Source: Catajapyx aquilonaris
Lineage: Eukaryota
Direction of reading: 5' to 3'
DNA length: 36,219 nt
NCBI GenBank assembly: GCA_000934665.2
Contig: KZ539019.1
Location: forward strand, 1-36,219
This document shows, in pieces, positions 22,275-34,876 of this stretch (position 1 is its first letter; each line of letters opens with the position of its first letter). The notes under the pieces are model-generated. The model saw only the letters and a list, made by a program, of their open reading frames with translations. It was not told the DNA's origin and did not search any database. The translations under genes were made by a program, and so were the position numbers.

Positions 22275-23768
22275 CAATATACACATGCTCGTAAAGTGTA
22301 TGGTAAACTATTCAGGAATGGGCAAAAACATTGCACAATGAATAAATAAATAAAATAAAACCCTCTCATTTGAAGACATTGCGCGCCATGTTAATGTAGG
22401 TCACTGAACGAGGTCACCTCCGGACCGTCTCGCATATTACGTCACTCCATGATATTTACGATCCCATCAGCCCCCAGTTGCCCTCACCGTCCACCTTCCG
22501 TCTGCCCCAAGAAGTACCATCCTCCACTCAAACCCGTCTGAGTCCGCCACCAAAAGGTCACCCCCCAGTCAGCCTTCCACCAAACCAACAGATGGCGCAG
22601 GTGTCCCCACACCTCACGCCTTCTTGCCCATTTTTTTTATATTAAATCCGGAAGCTGACGTCAGACCCTTATTCGAGCCAATGAGCCTGAAAAGCCAGGT
22701 AGGATCGATCTATTCATGATACGGATCTAGCCTAGAATGAGTCAAAAGGAGGGGGGGGGGGGGTCATGACGTCAATTGGATCGACATCATGCGAAATCAG
22801 GTGCAAAATAGCCACGATTTATAGACCTTAAATTTAAATCTGGATCATATAACCATGCCATGCAATATATAAAATGCAAAGTAGGTTTGTTTGTCCACTA
22901 TTTCGTACCAATTTGCTGCTGTTTTTTTTTTTGTAATGAGAAAAAAAAGGTGGTTGCGAACAAAATTGTCTTTTTGGCAGAACAAGAAGGCGGGAATCAG
23001 CAAGGCGTGGAAAACAAGGAGAGGGTAAAATGGAGGTTGAGCGCCTGAAAAGAAGTCTTCGCATGACTATCTGAGAGAATCTTGTGGTCGCAGCCCAACG
23101 ACCTGAGGCCCCACTTTGGACTACCTCCTACTTCCTCTCTTTCTCTACAAAATGCTTCTTTTTTTATTGTAGTTCTGATGTTATTTCGGCCACCTACCTA
23201 CCCCTGGTGTTCCTTACCTTTCTTCTGTGGACTGGAAATTCATGCGGTGAATCTGGCACGTAAATCACTTATGAAGGATAGATAAGCTAGGATTAAAGGC
23301 ATTGCAGGTAGTTGGAGCCTAATAGAGCTTGATGGATATTGGGCAGATGATCTATTAGGGTAATTATATGGCTGGTTCGACCCCCATGCAAATGCTATAT
23401 ATTTATATTATTAAAAGTCGAATGTCATGGAAAGTCCTCCCGCACCGTTTGGGAGTGGTCTCTGAATTTTCGTCGCGTTTTCAACATGTGCAGTAAACCC
23501 CCCCCCCTTTTTTTGTTGAAAAAGTGGCCAGAGACTTTGTGAAACGAAAAAAAACGCCGATTCCACGGAATTCCCATTTCCGCCGTTGGGCACCACCTGG
23601 GTGGCGACTCGCTTATATTTCTGCACGTCGCCGTCGGATGTCGCTTCGATAATGCTGCGGGTCTCTCTCTTTCTATCCACTTTCGCCTAATTTTGTGCCA
23701 AATGTTGGCAAGTCGGTGCCTAGTTAATATATTGTTTTGTAACTAGTTTATTAATAATTCCGATAGTA

Positions 23769-24185
23769 CTATGAGGCTCAAATTGTTTCGGCCACTTCAT
23801 CCTGGTCTTGAAGCAACCCTTCGCACAGGCCCCACTGTGTTCTTGTCTTCAATAAGCTGTGGGACCGGAAGTATGTGTTTTTACTGTTACTGTGGGCTAC
23901 TGTCCCCATAATTTCTCTTGTGGGGACATTTTGGGTCCCCACATATCTACACACCAGAACGTTACCGTTACAGTGGGGACGAGTGGGGACATGTCCCCAC
24001 AATTTCGATTTGCAGGGTTTCACAAAAGTCCATTTCTCTCAGCCTAGGCTAGTTAGGGTGTTATAGGTTAGGTTAGAAACGTTGTAGCTTATTGAGCGCA
24101 AGTTGTCTTAAGGAGGTGTGCGTGTGTGTGCGAAGGGTTGCTTCAATACCAGGATAAAGTGGCCAAAACAATTTCATCCCCACAG
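23769..24185. mobile_element. TA-flanked MITE with ~59-bp TIRs, 417 bp
   Basis: CTATGAGGCTCAAATTGTTTCGGCCACTTCATCCTGGTCTTGAAGCAACCCTTCGCACA vs reverse-complemented right end CTGTGGGGATGAAATTGTTTTGGCCACTTTATCCTGGTATTGAAGCAACCCTTCGCACA. TA at 23767-68 and 24186-87. Confidence 0.85.
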
Positions 24186-24352
24186 TACATTCCGGATCAT
24201 CATTGGACCTTTCAATAGCAGTTTATATTCCAAAGGCTCATGGGTAATCACAGCTTAGAAAAATTATCACGTTATCTTCAATACACAAGAGTAATGACTT
24301 CCTCAGGGTGGCCTGGCCATACGTGAAATTGAAATACGGGCATATGGGGGGG

Positions 24353-24474
24353 NNNNNNNNNNNNNNNNNNNNNNNNNNNNNNNNNNNNNNNNNNNNNNNN
24401 NNNNNNNNNNNNNNNNNNNNNNNNNNNNNNNNNNNNNNNNNNNNNNNNNNNNNNNNNNNNNNNNNNNNNNNNNN
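24353..24474. other. Assembly gap (N run) after a G run
   Basis: 122 N. Confidence 0.99.
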
Positions 24475-27400
24475 GCTCTTCCTCGCGGGATTTAAATCAC
24501 GTTTAAGCCACCAAGTGTATCCGTGCAGTACTTGCTTTATTTTTTTTTATTTTTTTAAAAGGGGGAGGACTAGGGGGGGGGGGTAGTACACCTCTCTCAT
24601 TACCTCAGTATTTGTATATAAAAAATAGGGTTTGAGTTCGCAGGTGGGCGCTCACCTAGAAACAGCGCACGTCCCGCCAACCTTAACTTGACTATGGCGA
24701 CGCCCATTTGCCAGGTGCAAAAGCTATGGTGGGTGGTGAGGGTGGTGGATTTGAGGTGTTGGTAGCTGGGAGGGGGGTGGAGATCGACGACCCTTAACTT
24801 TACTTGCTGCCATTTGGCTAATTCCGGCACACTCCATCCACACTGCGCAACCAGGTAAGTGCTGCTATCCTAGTAAGACCGCTGCCCGCTTGTGTATGGT
24901 GGGTTGCATGCATAGCAGGATACGAGGTGCCGGTTGGTACCAGGGGGGATCACACCTGTTCTTTCTTCAGCCCCTAGCGACATCGATCCTTTTATTTGCT
25001 TCAAAGCTGCTGGGTGATGGACTATCTCAATGGAGTTCCCCCCCCCCCNCCCCCCCCCCCCCACCTTGCTCCTACCCTGCCCATTATTTGCGTTCTTAGA
25101 ATTGATGTAACGGGTGGTGGATAGCACCGAATGTGAGCGAATGGTATTAACATGCATGAGCGGGTGGAATGTACGATAACAGGTCAAGTTTACCACACAA
25201 GCCAATGTACGTATCTTATCATATGTCGTATCCAACACACAGGCATTTATTAACGATCGTGTCGATTTAGTGTGAGTTGGTGTGTATGTGCTGTCAGAAG
25301 TAAGTGCAATTTGGCTAGCTACAATTCGTGACGAATTCATGACGATATTGCCTAGGGTTTTTCTAGTTCATAAAAGAATAGACAAATGTATGAGCAAAAT
25401 TATTTTTGTACAAATGGAGCTTACAAAACTTACGAGCCTATAGTTCAAAACTAAGTTATAGTCGCGTGTCTGGCGAAACCCAAAACCCCAATATCCGCAT
25501 TGATCAATTTTTATAGCATCATGTAACAAGAGATGGGGCATTTTCTTCGAATAATAAATTTCTGAGGGGCTTCAGCCAATATTGGTTTATTTCATATTGG
25601 CTGAATCACATTGTACTGAATATTACATGTTATCAGTGCTCAATATCATGTGAATAGGGAAGATGGTCTTGAAGATTCTACTATCCATTCAAAACTTGTA
25701 AAGATAATTTTCGATGTTAACTGCGTTTTAAGGCGGATAATTAAGCCGACTAAATAAATATATTATGAACAATTTCCGGTGGACGATTAGCCTATGTAAA
25801 AAAAAAACAGATAACAAACATATATGTATTAACAACAAGGACACGCACAAAATGAATTTTAGAACAATATACTAACAGTTCACATCGTTACTACACAACT
25901 CGGGGCAAGTCTAGGTCGAATTATTATGACAGCAAAATTACCGGGTGCACTGTCTTAATACCTTAATAACTGTGGTTTGAATACGACCCCAGACTATATC
26001 ATGTTTTGGTAGGTCAGTTTTCCCCTCGGTAAATACTACCAGTCTGTTCCATAATACCTTTTGGTTCATTGAAGTGGTAGCTACCCATACCGCCTATTTT
26101 TATAGACCCTCCCTTAGCTGCCAGTTTGTCCATCGACCCCCCCAATTTTAGCACAAGACATTACACATTTTGCACCAAACACGACACACCGCGTGACACG
26201 CTTCTAGAGTCAAGCTCCCCAGTATTTAAGCCCCCCATAGTCACACATATCGCGAATATCTCCCCCTCTGAAAATTTCGACTTCTGATTCGAGGTGGCAA
26301 CCTCGTAGAGATGGCGTGACTGCGCCCAATTACGAGCACTAACGTTGGCTTGGCAACGGGCTGCATGGGCCAAGGCGCATGCATGCAGTCACCCAGCCAT
26401 TCTTCCTTCCAAACAGTACATTTTTTTTAAATATAAAAATATAAAAATCCATATATGAATCGCGGCCATCTTGGATTTAGCGCAGCATCTTCGTAGCGTA
26501 CGAGCAACCCACTACGGAAGCTCGTATGTTATATGTTGCCAGCTCTTCCACCCAAAAAAGGGCGATGGCCTCGTCATGGCAACGTGGCCACCCCCCCCCC
26601 CTTATTTTTTATAGAAGTCGATAAATATGGCGCCGTACCATCGATCTATGTTGGAGATGGCGCCTCCTGCACAAAATGTCGATGACAGAATCACGCATGT
26701 TGAGTGAAAAGGGGTGTAGTCATCATATATGACCGCTGTTTCCTAAGTCATCAGGTGTGTAATTATATGCCTTTTTTTTTACGTTTGAATGGGGGGGAGA
26801 CAGATGAAAAACTGATAAAGCTGACCCTTACGTGTTATTCACATGTCCGCGCACATGCTAATAAAATAATCAATTGCCAATTCCTGATTGGTGCTTTTCC
26901 CATGTGGTCCATCCAGGGATTCTGTTACAGCTCCTCCCCATGGCTACTCCACTGCGACATATTCTGACCTTTATATGACCTTTTTTGAAAATGTCATCTA
27001 GATGACATCAGCTTCTGTATTGCCCTTATGAATGAAGTGTCAGTGTTTCGCGACAGGTGTTGCCTCTCTGTAGCACTCTCTCCATGAGTGATTTTTCCCT
27101 CTACCATGGTGACGTGTACAGGTGAGGCGCAGGTGATGGTGGTGGGTGGTTGAGGAGGGGGGTTTCCATACAGCAGGCAGCAGGGGTGGGGTTTCTGGTT
27201 GGTGGAGAGCTGGTGGGGGGTATCAAAAAGAGAAGGAGTTCCCCGGGCGAAATCCTCTGCGCGGTCGCACTCGAGAAGCAACGCTGACCAGGGAAAGCAG
27301 CAACTTTAGGGCCATCGTACAGGTAGGACCACTCAGTGTTTTTAAGGGGCAGGAAGTGACTACCTGGCAACCATGGTGCGACCTTGTGTTTCGCGGGCTC

Positions 27401-30400
27401 CCTGGGAAAACATGGCAGGTGGGGATGACATAGGTACAAAAAAATAGATGGTTGAATCATGGTCGTGCCATGTCGACGATGTCGTGCCATGTGCCGATAT
27501 TGCCGGTATGGCGGCCATATTGTCTAAAAAGTTACTGAAAAGGTGAACCACCCTATTGGGAGGGTTCTGTTTTTCCTAAAGGTCGTGGTGGAGGTTTTTC
27601 GAGTAACAAAAGCGCGTCACGGACCGGTGATCATGGATAATCTTGCCCTCCCCAACTCCCTACCACCGCCATACCTGAACCCTCAGAGAAGTGTATTTTT
27701 CCTGGGTTGCCACGTGCTCGTCTTGTGTTTAAAAATAATTAGGAACCGTGATGGTACATGAGGGTACGTATTTCGCCATTTTGGATTAGGGGTGGGGGGG
27801 TGGGGGTGAACCCATGAGAAATTACCTGACGGTGCAGATTCAGGGTAAATTATAGGGGGGGTTGTATGGTGGTGCCAGGTAGTGCAATAATACTATGTTG
27901 GACCGGTATGTCATTTGTGTTAGGTCCAAACAGGATAAGGTAAGGTTCAGGTGTAATTATATCCTTACACAAATGTCACAGCACTATTAATTACTATCAG
28001 TGACACGAGTTATTATCAGTGCACTATATGTAGTTGACACCAGCTGTAATGAACAATTATTTTAGTCGACTCGAGTAATGCACCACCCTGTCGGTTAACG
28101 GTTCTGGAGCTAAGACCGGATTTAGCTACCTGTGCCTTTCACCTACCGGTTAGTTGAGAGCCAATATAAACATTTAGATACGCGTCTTGATTGGTTCCAC
28201 CATCCATCACGGCATAAAGATATCGTTATGCTGATTCCAGTAGACGTTTACGGGATGGGAGTCAAACACCTATATTCAGTAGTGTGAGCGATAATTGAGT
28301 ATTTTAAGCCAAAATATTTGCTATAATTGGTGTGCACAAGTAATGACACATATGTAAATATATATTCAGATAAATGCTGTAATCCAGTAACCAGCTCTTA
28401 TAACCCTTCCAATATAGCCCCATGGGGTTATTGCGAATGTATGCTCTGTTTTTAATTAGCTAAATATACCCACCAGATATGGCGTGAGCAATAAAACCGA
28501 CATAGACGAACATGGAAGAAGCATAGCGTGTGCTCATGCCGTATTACCCATCACAGAGTTAAAAATAATATTTCGAGGAACCAGTTTTAACCTTAGCCGC
28601 ACTGATCTACAGTTTTTTTGGCCTAATGAATTTTTTGTGTTTCCTCCAATCTTATCACCATGTGTCTAATATCAGCAGGTAACTGGAGGGTCAATGTTAC
28701 ACTCACGTTGTTATCCAATCCGTGATAATTTGTCGGCTGTCTGTAAACCAGCACATTGATATCGCGAAACGCCTTACTGGATAGGGCTAGCGCGCACACG
28801 CACAAAAAAAAAGGCTTGTTAGCCGGGAAAAGATCATATCTATGAATCTATATTTGACTCTGTGAGAACGGCCAGGAAGTCCCGGATCCGATCCCGATAA
28901 TAGTTTTCATATAAGTCGATTCAGCTCCGAATAATTGGCTATCATCTTCTGACCTGCCTGGTGAGCATGCCTCTTGGTCCCAATAATGGCGTCCAGTAAA
29001 CTGACCGTTATAATTACTAATTCATTTACACATAATAGTAAGCGGTCTAGACGTTTGACCAGGGGGTATGCTACGGGGGGTAGGTAAAATGTACCCGCGA
29101 TCGACTACCGTGGGCGGAAGTGACGTCAGCTCCAGGGCCGAAAGCACCGCAGTGCGGCGGAGGAAGGCAGGGCAGGCTTGGAAATATGGATCGATAGTTC
29201 CAAGCGTGGCCGACCTAGGGTAGCCCATGCGAGGCCAACCGAAGAGGATTTTTGCCCTAAACCAAGGCCGAGACCGAGACGAATTTTTCGCGAAAGAGCG
29301 CTTCCACATTTTTTTGAAGCCTACATTTTTTTGTGAGACGGGCTAAACCATTACATCCCTAGTGGTCACCAACACTGTCACCTTGAGGGAGCATCAGCCG
29401 GAACGCGCCGGTTCCGCTCTAGGACCACTGTCTCATCCTAAAACCCACCCCCCCATACTCACATATCCACACTTACCTGCACGTCAAAAATTAACAGCAT
29501 GTTGTCATGAACTTACGAAAAAGTGGGTGGCGGAAAGGCGGATTTCGCCTTCTAAAAAAAAAAAAGCTTACCTTTTTGTCTGAACCCAAAATGGCAGACG
29601 CGCACGAAACGTTCTCAGGCGTCCATAACGTAAATAACGCGATAAGACCCCCACGGTTATTGTAGCATGAATTTATTTTTATTTCAAATATGACGATACT
29701 ATCGATGCCCCCCTTAAAAAGTTGTGGACATTGGTATTAACACCTGGTTAATGTATGTGGGTATATTCTATGTGATTTTAGACGCCCCTGTTTGGTTGGT
29801 TGGGGTTTTGTCCATTTGAGAATCGATCTGAAGAAGGATTGGGCGTCGGGGGCGCCGGCGTAGCGTGTGGCGCCTTCATGTCTGCCCCTGTGTATAACCC
29901 TCCCACCCTAGACATTTCGTGCCCCCCTACCAAAAATTTTAGTCTTATACGTTATTCATTTTGAGACCCCCTGTTTGTCACTTAAACTTGAAAAGAAACT
30001 AGTTTTTAAATTATTTCCGCGCGTTTTGCAATGAACAAGTTTTGTTGGTTTTCTGCTCCATTGCCACAGCGATCAGCGGAAGTTGCACCATCTGACAACA
30101 CTGGGGGAGGAGACCCGTTAATTTCCGGAGGCGCAGATGTTGAAGGAAAGAGGGGAAATTTTTTTAGTATATAAATTTGTCAGATTTTTAACATCAAATT
30201 AAGTTATTTCCAATCCCTATTGTGGAACTGGTGTGGAACACAATTATGGAGCACCCTGTAGGTTTCGGGACGGAAGTGAGGTCGTCAGATGAGCGTCGAC
30301 CTTTGGCCATGAGGTTAACTTTGTTTAAAAAAAATCCGGCGGTTCCGTAACGCTCTGCTGCAAACACACCTCATTCAAACCCCCCCCCCCTCCCCCACCA

Positions 30401-30932
30401 TACGAAAATTTCCACCCCTCTCTCCAGTACCTCCCCCGACAATCTACACCAGAAAAACCAGTCGGCAGTTCCGGCGACGATGCTTCCCACCGCTAACTCC
30501 TTTTTTCCCGCCACCTTATTTCCAACCCTGTACTTCCGTTCAATCTTGGAAACACGATGCCCCTAAGGGCCTTGCGCCTTCACCATTCACAGATCGGAAT
30601 TAATGAATTAAAACATGTGTAGGTTTTTTTGGGGATGTTAAAACCGGTTAACTGTAGGTTAAAAGTGTGTAGCTACCTATTGGACGGTTGAATAGTGAAT
30701 AGCAGGTGGCACGACATGTGGTGCATAATTCAGGTCTTGTCCTCATGAAAGTTCATGGAACGATCCATTAATGTTTGAAGTCTGGCCTAGAAGTCGCTTT
30801 TGCTATTGAAGGATTTAGTATTTCTGGAGCAGTTTGATTGGGAATGTGCGTATGTTTAGAACAGTGATCGGTCTGTTAGAAAAACTGTGGGGTAGGGGGT
30901 GGAGTAAGTGGGGTTAAAACAGCCGTATGTAG

Positions 30933-31179
30933 GTCTATAACCGCAAATTTTGGATATTGGAGAGGTAATCGACGTGCCTACACCCTGACTGAAAATGGTG
31001 CATGTTCCGTAACAACTACGTGCGTTAGAACCATTTGAAGTTGTACTGCACTACTGATAGCTGGTGAAGTGCACTGTGAATGCCTCTAACATATCCGAAT
31101 TTAAGTCTATAACCACAAAATTTAGGTATTCAGTAGCTAATAGCCGTATCTACACCCTATCTTAAAATGAACCATATTC
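30933..31179. repeat. Diverged direct duplication, two ~75-bp copies 172 bp apart
   Basis: GTCTATAACCGCAAATTTTGGATATT...CTACACCCT...AAAATG (30933-31007) vs GTCTATAACCACAAAATTTAGGTATT...CTACACCCT...AAAATG (31105-31179), colinear without gaps. Confidence 0.75.
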
Positions 31180-31882
31180 AAAGTACATTCCTCATCAGCA
31201 TGATCCTCACATTTCTCTGTATAAAATGAGCAGTGGCACGCCACAAAACTGCTCATCCGAATATTTTGCTCACTAAAATTCCACATTCGTGTACCTCTTT
31301 TCACATCAGCCGGTTGACCCCTCAGGTTTTGCACGGAAATATTCCGGAGGTGGGGTTAGAACAGGGTGGGGTATTATTTTAGGTTACGGCCAGAGTGCAA
31401 TGCGCACGGAGAGGGCGTGGCCAACCGCTACAAAGTGGCAACCCCGCGCGACGTTGCGTGTTCGTCTTGGGACTTGGTTCCTGGCGGAAAGCCATTTAAG
31501 CCAACCCCCCCTATACTATATGCATTTTTTTTTCTATCCCCCCTCTAAACCCACCCCCACAACTTCCAACCCCCCCTATACCTAAAACCTTTCCAACCAA
31601 ACTAAAATGATGGAAGCTCTGACGGAATGACGGATTGGATCTTCCCAGAAGCCGACACGCCATTGCGGGGAGCCCCAAAATCCAGGGTTGGAAATAAGGG
31701 GGTGGTCGAAATTACAGTACTGACCACTGACCCCCCGGGTGTCATGCCAACTGGCCACTGGGTTTGCAACAAACCTATTAATTTGGGAGGGTTATAAATT
31801 GATCAGATTTATATCGTGTGTAAATTAAGAGGGATTCTATGAAGTGGGGTGATAAGAATCACGGCATTGTTGGGTATTTAAA

Positions 31883-32182
31883 GCGTAAGAGTCGCGAAAG
31901 GAGTAAGAGTATCGAAAGGAGTAAAGGTCAATTCACATATACGTGAATAAACACTTGCGAGCGATTTTCACGTTTTGCTTTTTCGCGACTTTTACCTCAC
32001 GAAGTGAGCGAATTTTTGGAAAATTTTCAGGGCATTCACCGTATCCGCGACGCGATAAAACTTACTCGTTAGTTACGGAGCATGCGCTGTGCAGCAGGGC
32101 AGCCAGTCGGAGGAAGGACGGGGAAAGAGTAAGAGTCGCGAAAGGAGTAAGAGTAGCAGAAAGAGTAAGAGTAGCGACTACC
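31883..32182. repeat. Two clusters of ~18-bp direct repeats (GAGTAAGAGT(C/A)GCGAAAG), probably a non-autonomous mobile element
   Basis: Exact 27-mer GTAAGAGTCGCGAAAGGAGTAAGAGTA at 31885-31911 and 32129-32155. Partial inverted copies (TTTCGCGACT, CTTACTC) lie between. Confidence 0.7.
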
Positions 32183-34794
32183 ACAAGTATTTCTCCGCTA
32201 TTTTATTCAAAAATCTGGCAGCAATTTTTTAATTAAAAATTAATAAACGAGCATACCCTAAATATCGCAATTAGCCCAATTAGCATTCTGATGTACTTTC
32301 TGATAAATGATGTAGTTCCAGTACTAGCACGGGTAGCACTGTAGATGGCGCTGCAGTTTCCCTAGAAAAAGTATAGATGGCGTTAACCCCGCCCCGTTTT
32401 AAAACGGCATTCACACATTTGAGGCCTATGTAGCATGTAGGCCTATAATTTTGAGAGCCTGAACTACCATCGATCCTATCCTTCCCCCTCTTCAAGTCAA
32501 TATTTGGCGCAGTGTTTGTGCACGAATATGTCGTCGAATGCTATTGCGACTCACGCCAACCCTCACTCTTTAATGGCCCTATGTCGTCGTAGTCCCTCCC
32601 ACCCACTACCCCCCCTATCCACCCCCTACCTCTCCACCACTCCTGTTCCCCACCTCTCAGGTGCTCAGATTTGTTGCCGGATTCCTAGATGACTTACATG
32701 CACAACATGCGGTGCTGTTGTCACGATAACAGTTTTGTGGAACCCTTGTGAATTGGACCCATCAATACGGTACTGTGCTTTTTTTTAAACATTATTATTG
32801 CTGATATCCGGTTAAGCGCCATCTATGGGACATTTTAGCAACGAATGAGCTGTGCCGATAATTATTTCAGAACTTCTTACAATTTGGCCCCTTGCACCCC
32901 TATAAAGGGGTTGTAGCACCCCCAAATTATGCAACTCTGGATCTTAACAATGGGACGCCAGCTTGGGACAGCAGATGGCATTTTTTTTCAAATTAACCCC
33001 AGCACTTCCTTTGCACCCGTCTCATCAACCAGCTGCTGACCTAAGATTGTCCTCGGTTGCCACGTGGCCCAATCCGGGACTGTCCCGAATACGCTTTGTC
33101 CATTGAAATTGAAAGTGAAGGCCCGGGGTGTTGTGTGAGGTAGGTTCCACATTCCCGCGTTGAAGTCTTTGCGATGTTGCCTAATGTCCGGAAGAACTTA
33201 AGACAGCTGCTTGCTTAATCACAAAAATTGCGTCCCACCTGTCAAACCGGTTCCGGAAGGACTTAAAGACAGTTCCGAAGACCTTGTAGGCGCCGACACT
33301 TCCGTTTCGTAATTGTCGCAATGGCCATCACACATTTATGAGATGTATTTGGCACATATGGTTCATTCATTACATGAACAGAACAACGGTGCGTTACTTG
33401 TACTTTCTCTCATTCTGTGCTTGAGCGTGGCGGAATGGTCCTTCTCCCATGCGGCCGTTGACCTCTTCTTCTAATCCTCAGGAAAAGGAAGTTACCCCCT
33501 ACCACCCCCTCGAAAAAGGAAAAAAAAAAAGTGTGCACAATTGTTGCGTAGCCAACAATCAGGACGACGAACCCCAAAAATTTGTTGCAATGGGTGGGAA
33601 TTATGGTGCGTACATATATACCGGGTGAGTCATATGGTCACTCCCCAGCAGGACATGGCATGGGAAACACCTTTGTCCAAAAGTTTTGTGGTTTTACACC
33701 TGTTCAGGGTCATTAAAACGTGAAGAGTTGTCCATTCTTATGTTTTACAGTGTATTTTTGGGTTGACTTGTGCGAAAAGGTGAAGTCTTGCGAAAGGTTG
33801 AAAGAAAAGCGGAAAAGAATTACAACCTGCTTTTTTTTTTTGTACGTTACAACATGACAGCCCCAAATTAAAGTAACGGTTTTCTTCCAAATTGGCATCC
33901 TAACAAAAAGAGGGGATTCTTCGAGTTCACCACAGTCTTTGGAACCTTATTTTTTGTTTTGTAAGGTTTTAAGGAGGGCAGGTATGGGGAGGCTTCTTGT
34001 TTCATTTCCTTTGCATCTGCTTTATACAGTGTGTGTACCAATTTTTTAAAGTGTAATTATGATTTGTGATGTGGCATTATTGTTAATTAATGTTTTGTCC
34101 TATTTTGTTATGTTGCTTGTTGTGCATGTTGTGCAGTCTTTTTGTATAGAGCTTGCGGTTTGTTGAGATGACAGGTGACATTTTGGGCGACATTTCCCGG
34201 TCGCAAGTGACATTACAAAATATTTGTTGTTCAACAATGCTTGAAATGAAAAATATTTTGTACCTTCCTATTCTTCAGTAAGCGTCACATTCACCGCTTA
34301 AGTAGCAGTATACCGGTTGGCGTTCTGAACATGATTTCAATTAGTAAATAAGGAAGGTGTTGTTGATAAGTCAGATAATACTTTTAATAACAGTTATTAT
34401 AAAATATTAAATTGTCACACTGTCAATCTGCTGTTATTTTGTTTGCTGCATATTTTGTTATTGTTTAGCTTATTTTTCTAACTGCATATATGTTATGTCG
34501 CATGTACAAGTCAGAAAGTGTGTCGTATGAACCAAAACTACCTGTAAATGAACCTGAGAACACTACCAATCTACCTGTCATCACACCCACTACCGGTCCA
34601 CGAAATGTCCCAACATACACAAAAAAATTGAAAACCAGCCCATTTGTTGTTCAGACATGCAATTTGTATATACTCCAGCCGGTTTTGCTAATTAACAAAT
34701 CTAACGTAACACACTTTCTGACTTCCCAATTTTTGTTCCCGCAGATTTTTTGTGATGGCTTATTATTGCACTTTATTTGTTTGCTATAATGCGC

Positions 34795-34876
34795 CTACTC
34801 TCCCGAATGGCACTGGTAGAATTCACGGGGGATTGTTGTGATCCCGTGATTCTCGAGTGCTATCCAGGAGGGGTTG
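34795..34876 (+). ncRNA. mir-263a: pre-miRNA miR-263a (miR-183 orthologue, MIR-96/183 family); mature 5p ~34806-34829
   Basis: 5p arm AATGGCACTGGTAGAATTCACGGG is 1 nt from insect miR-263a AAUGGCACUGGAAGAAUUCACGGG and shares GGUAG with vertebrate miR-183. It pairs with CCCGTGATTCTCGAGTGCTAT, with basal stem CTCTCC/GGAGGG. Confidence 0.95.

Noticed and set aside
34490..34789. 99-aa Pro/Thr-rich ORF upstream of miR-263a
   Set aside because: No recognisable homology and it runs through an intron-like pyrimidine tract. Cannot be supported as coding without ribosome profiling.
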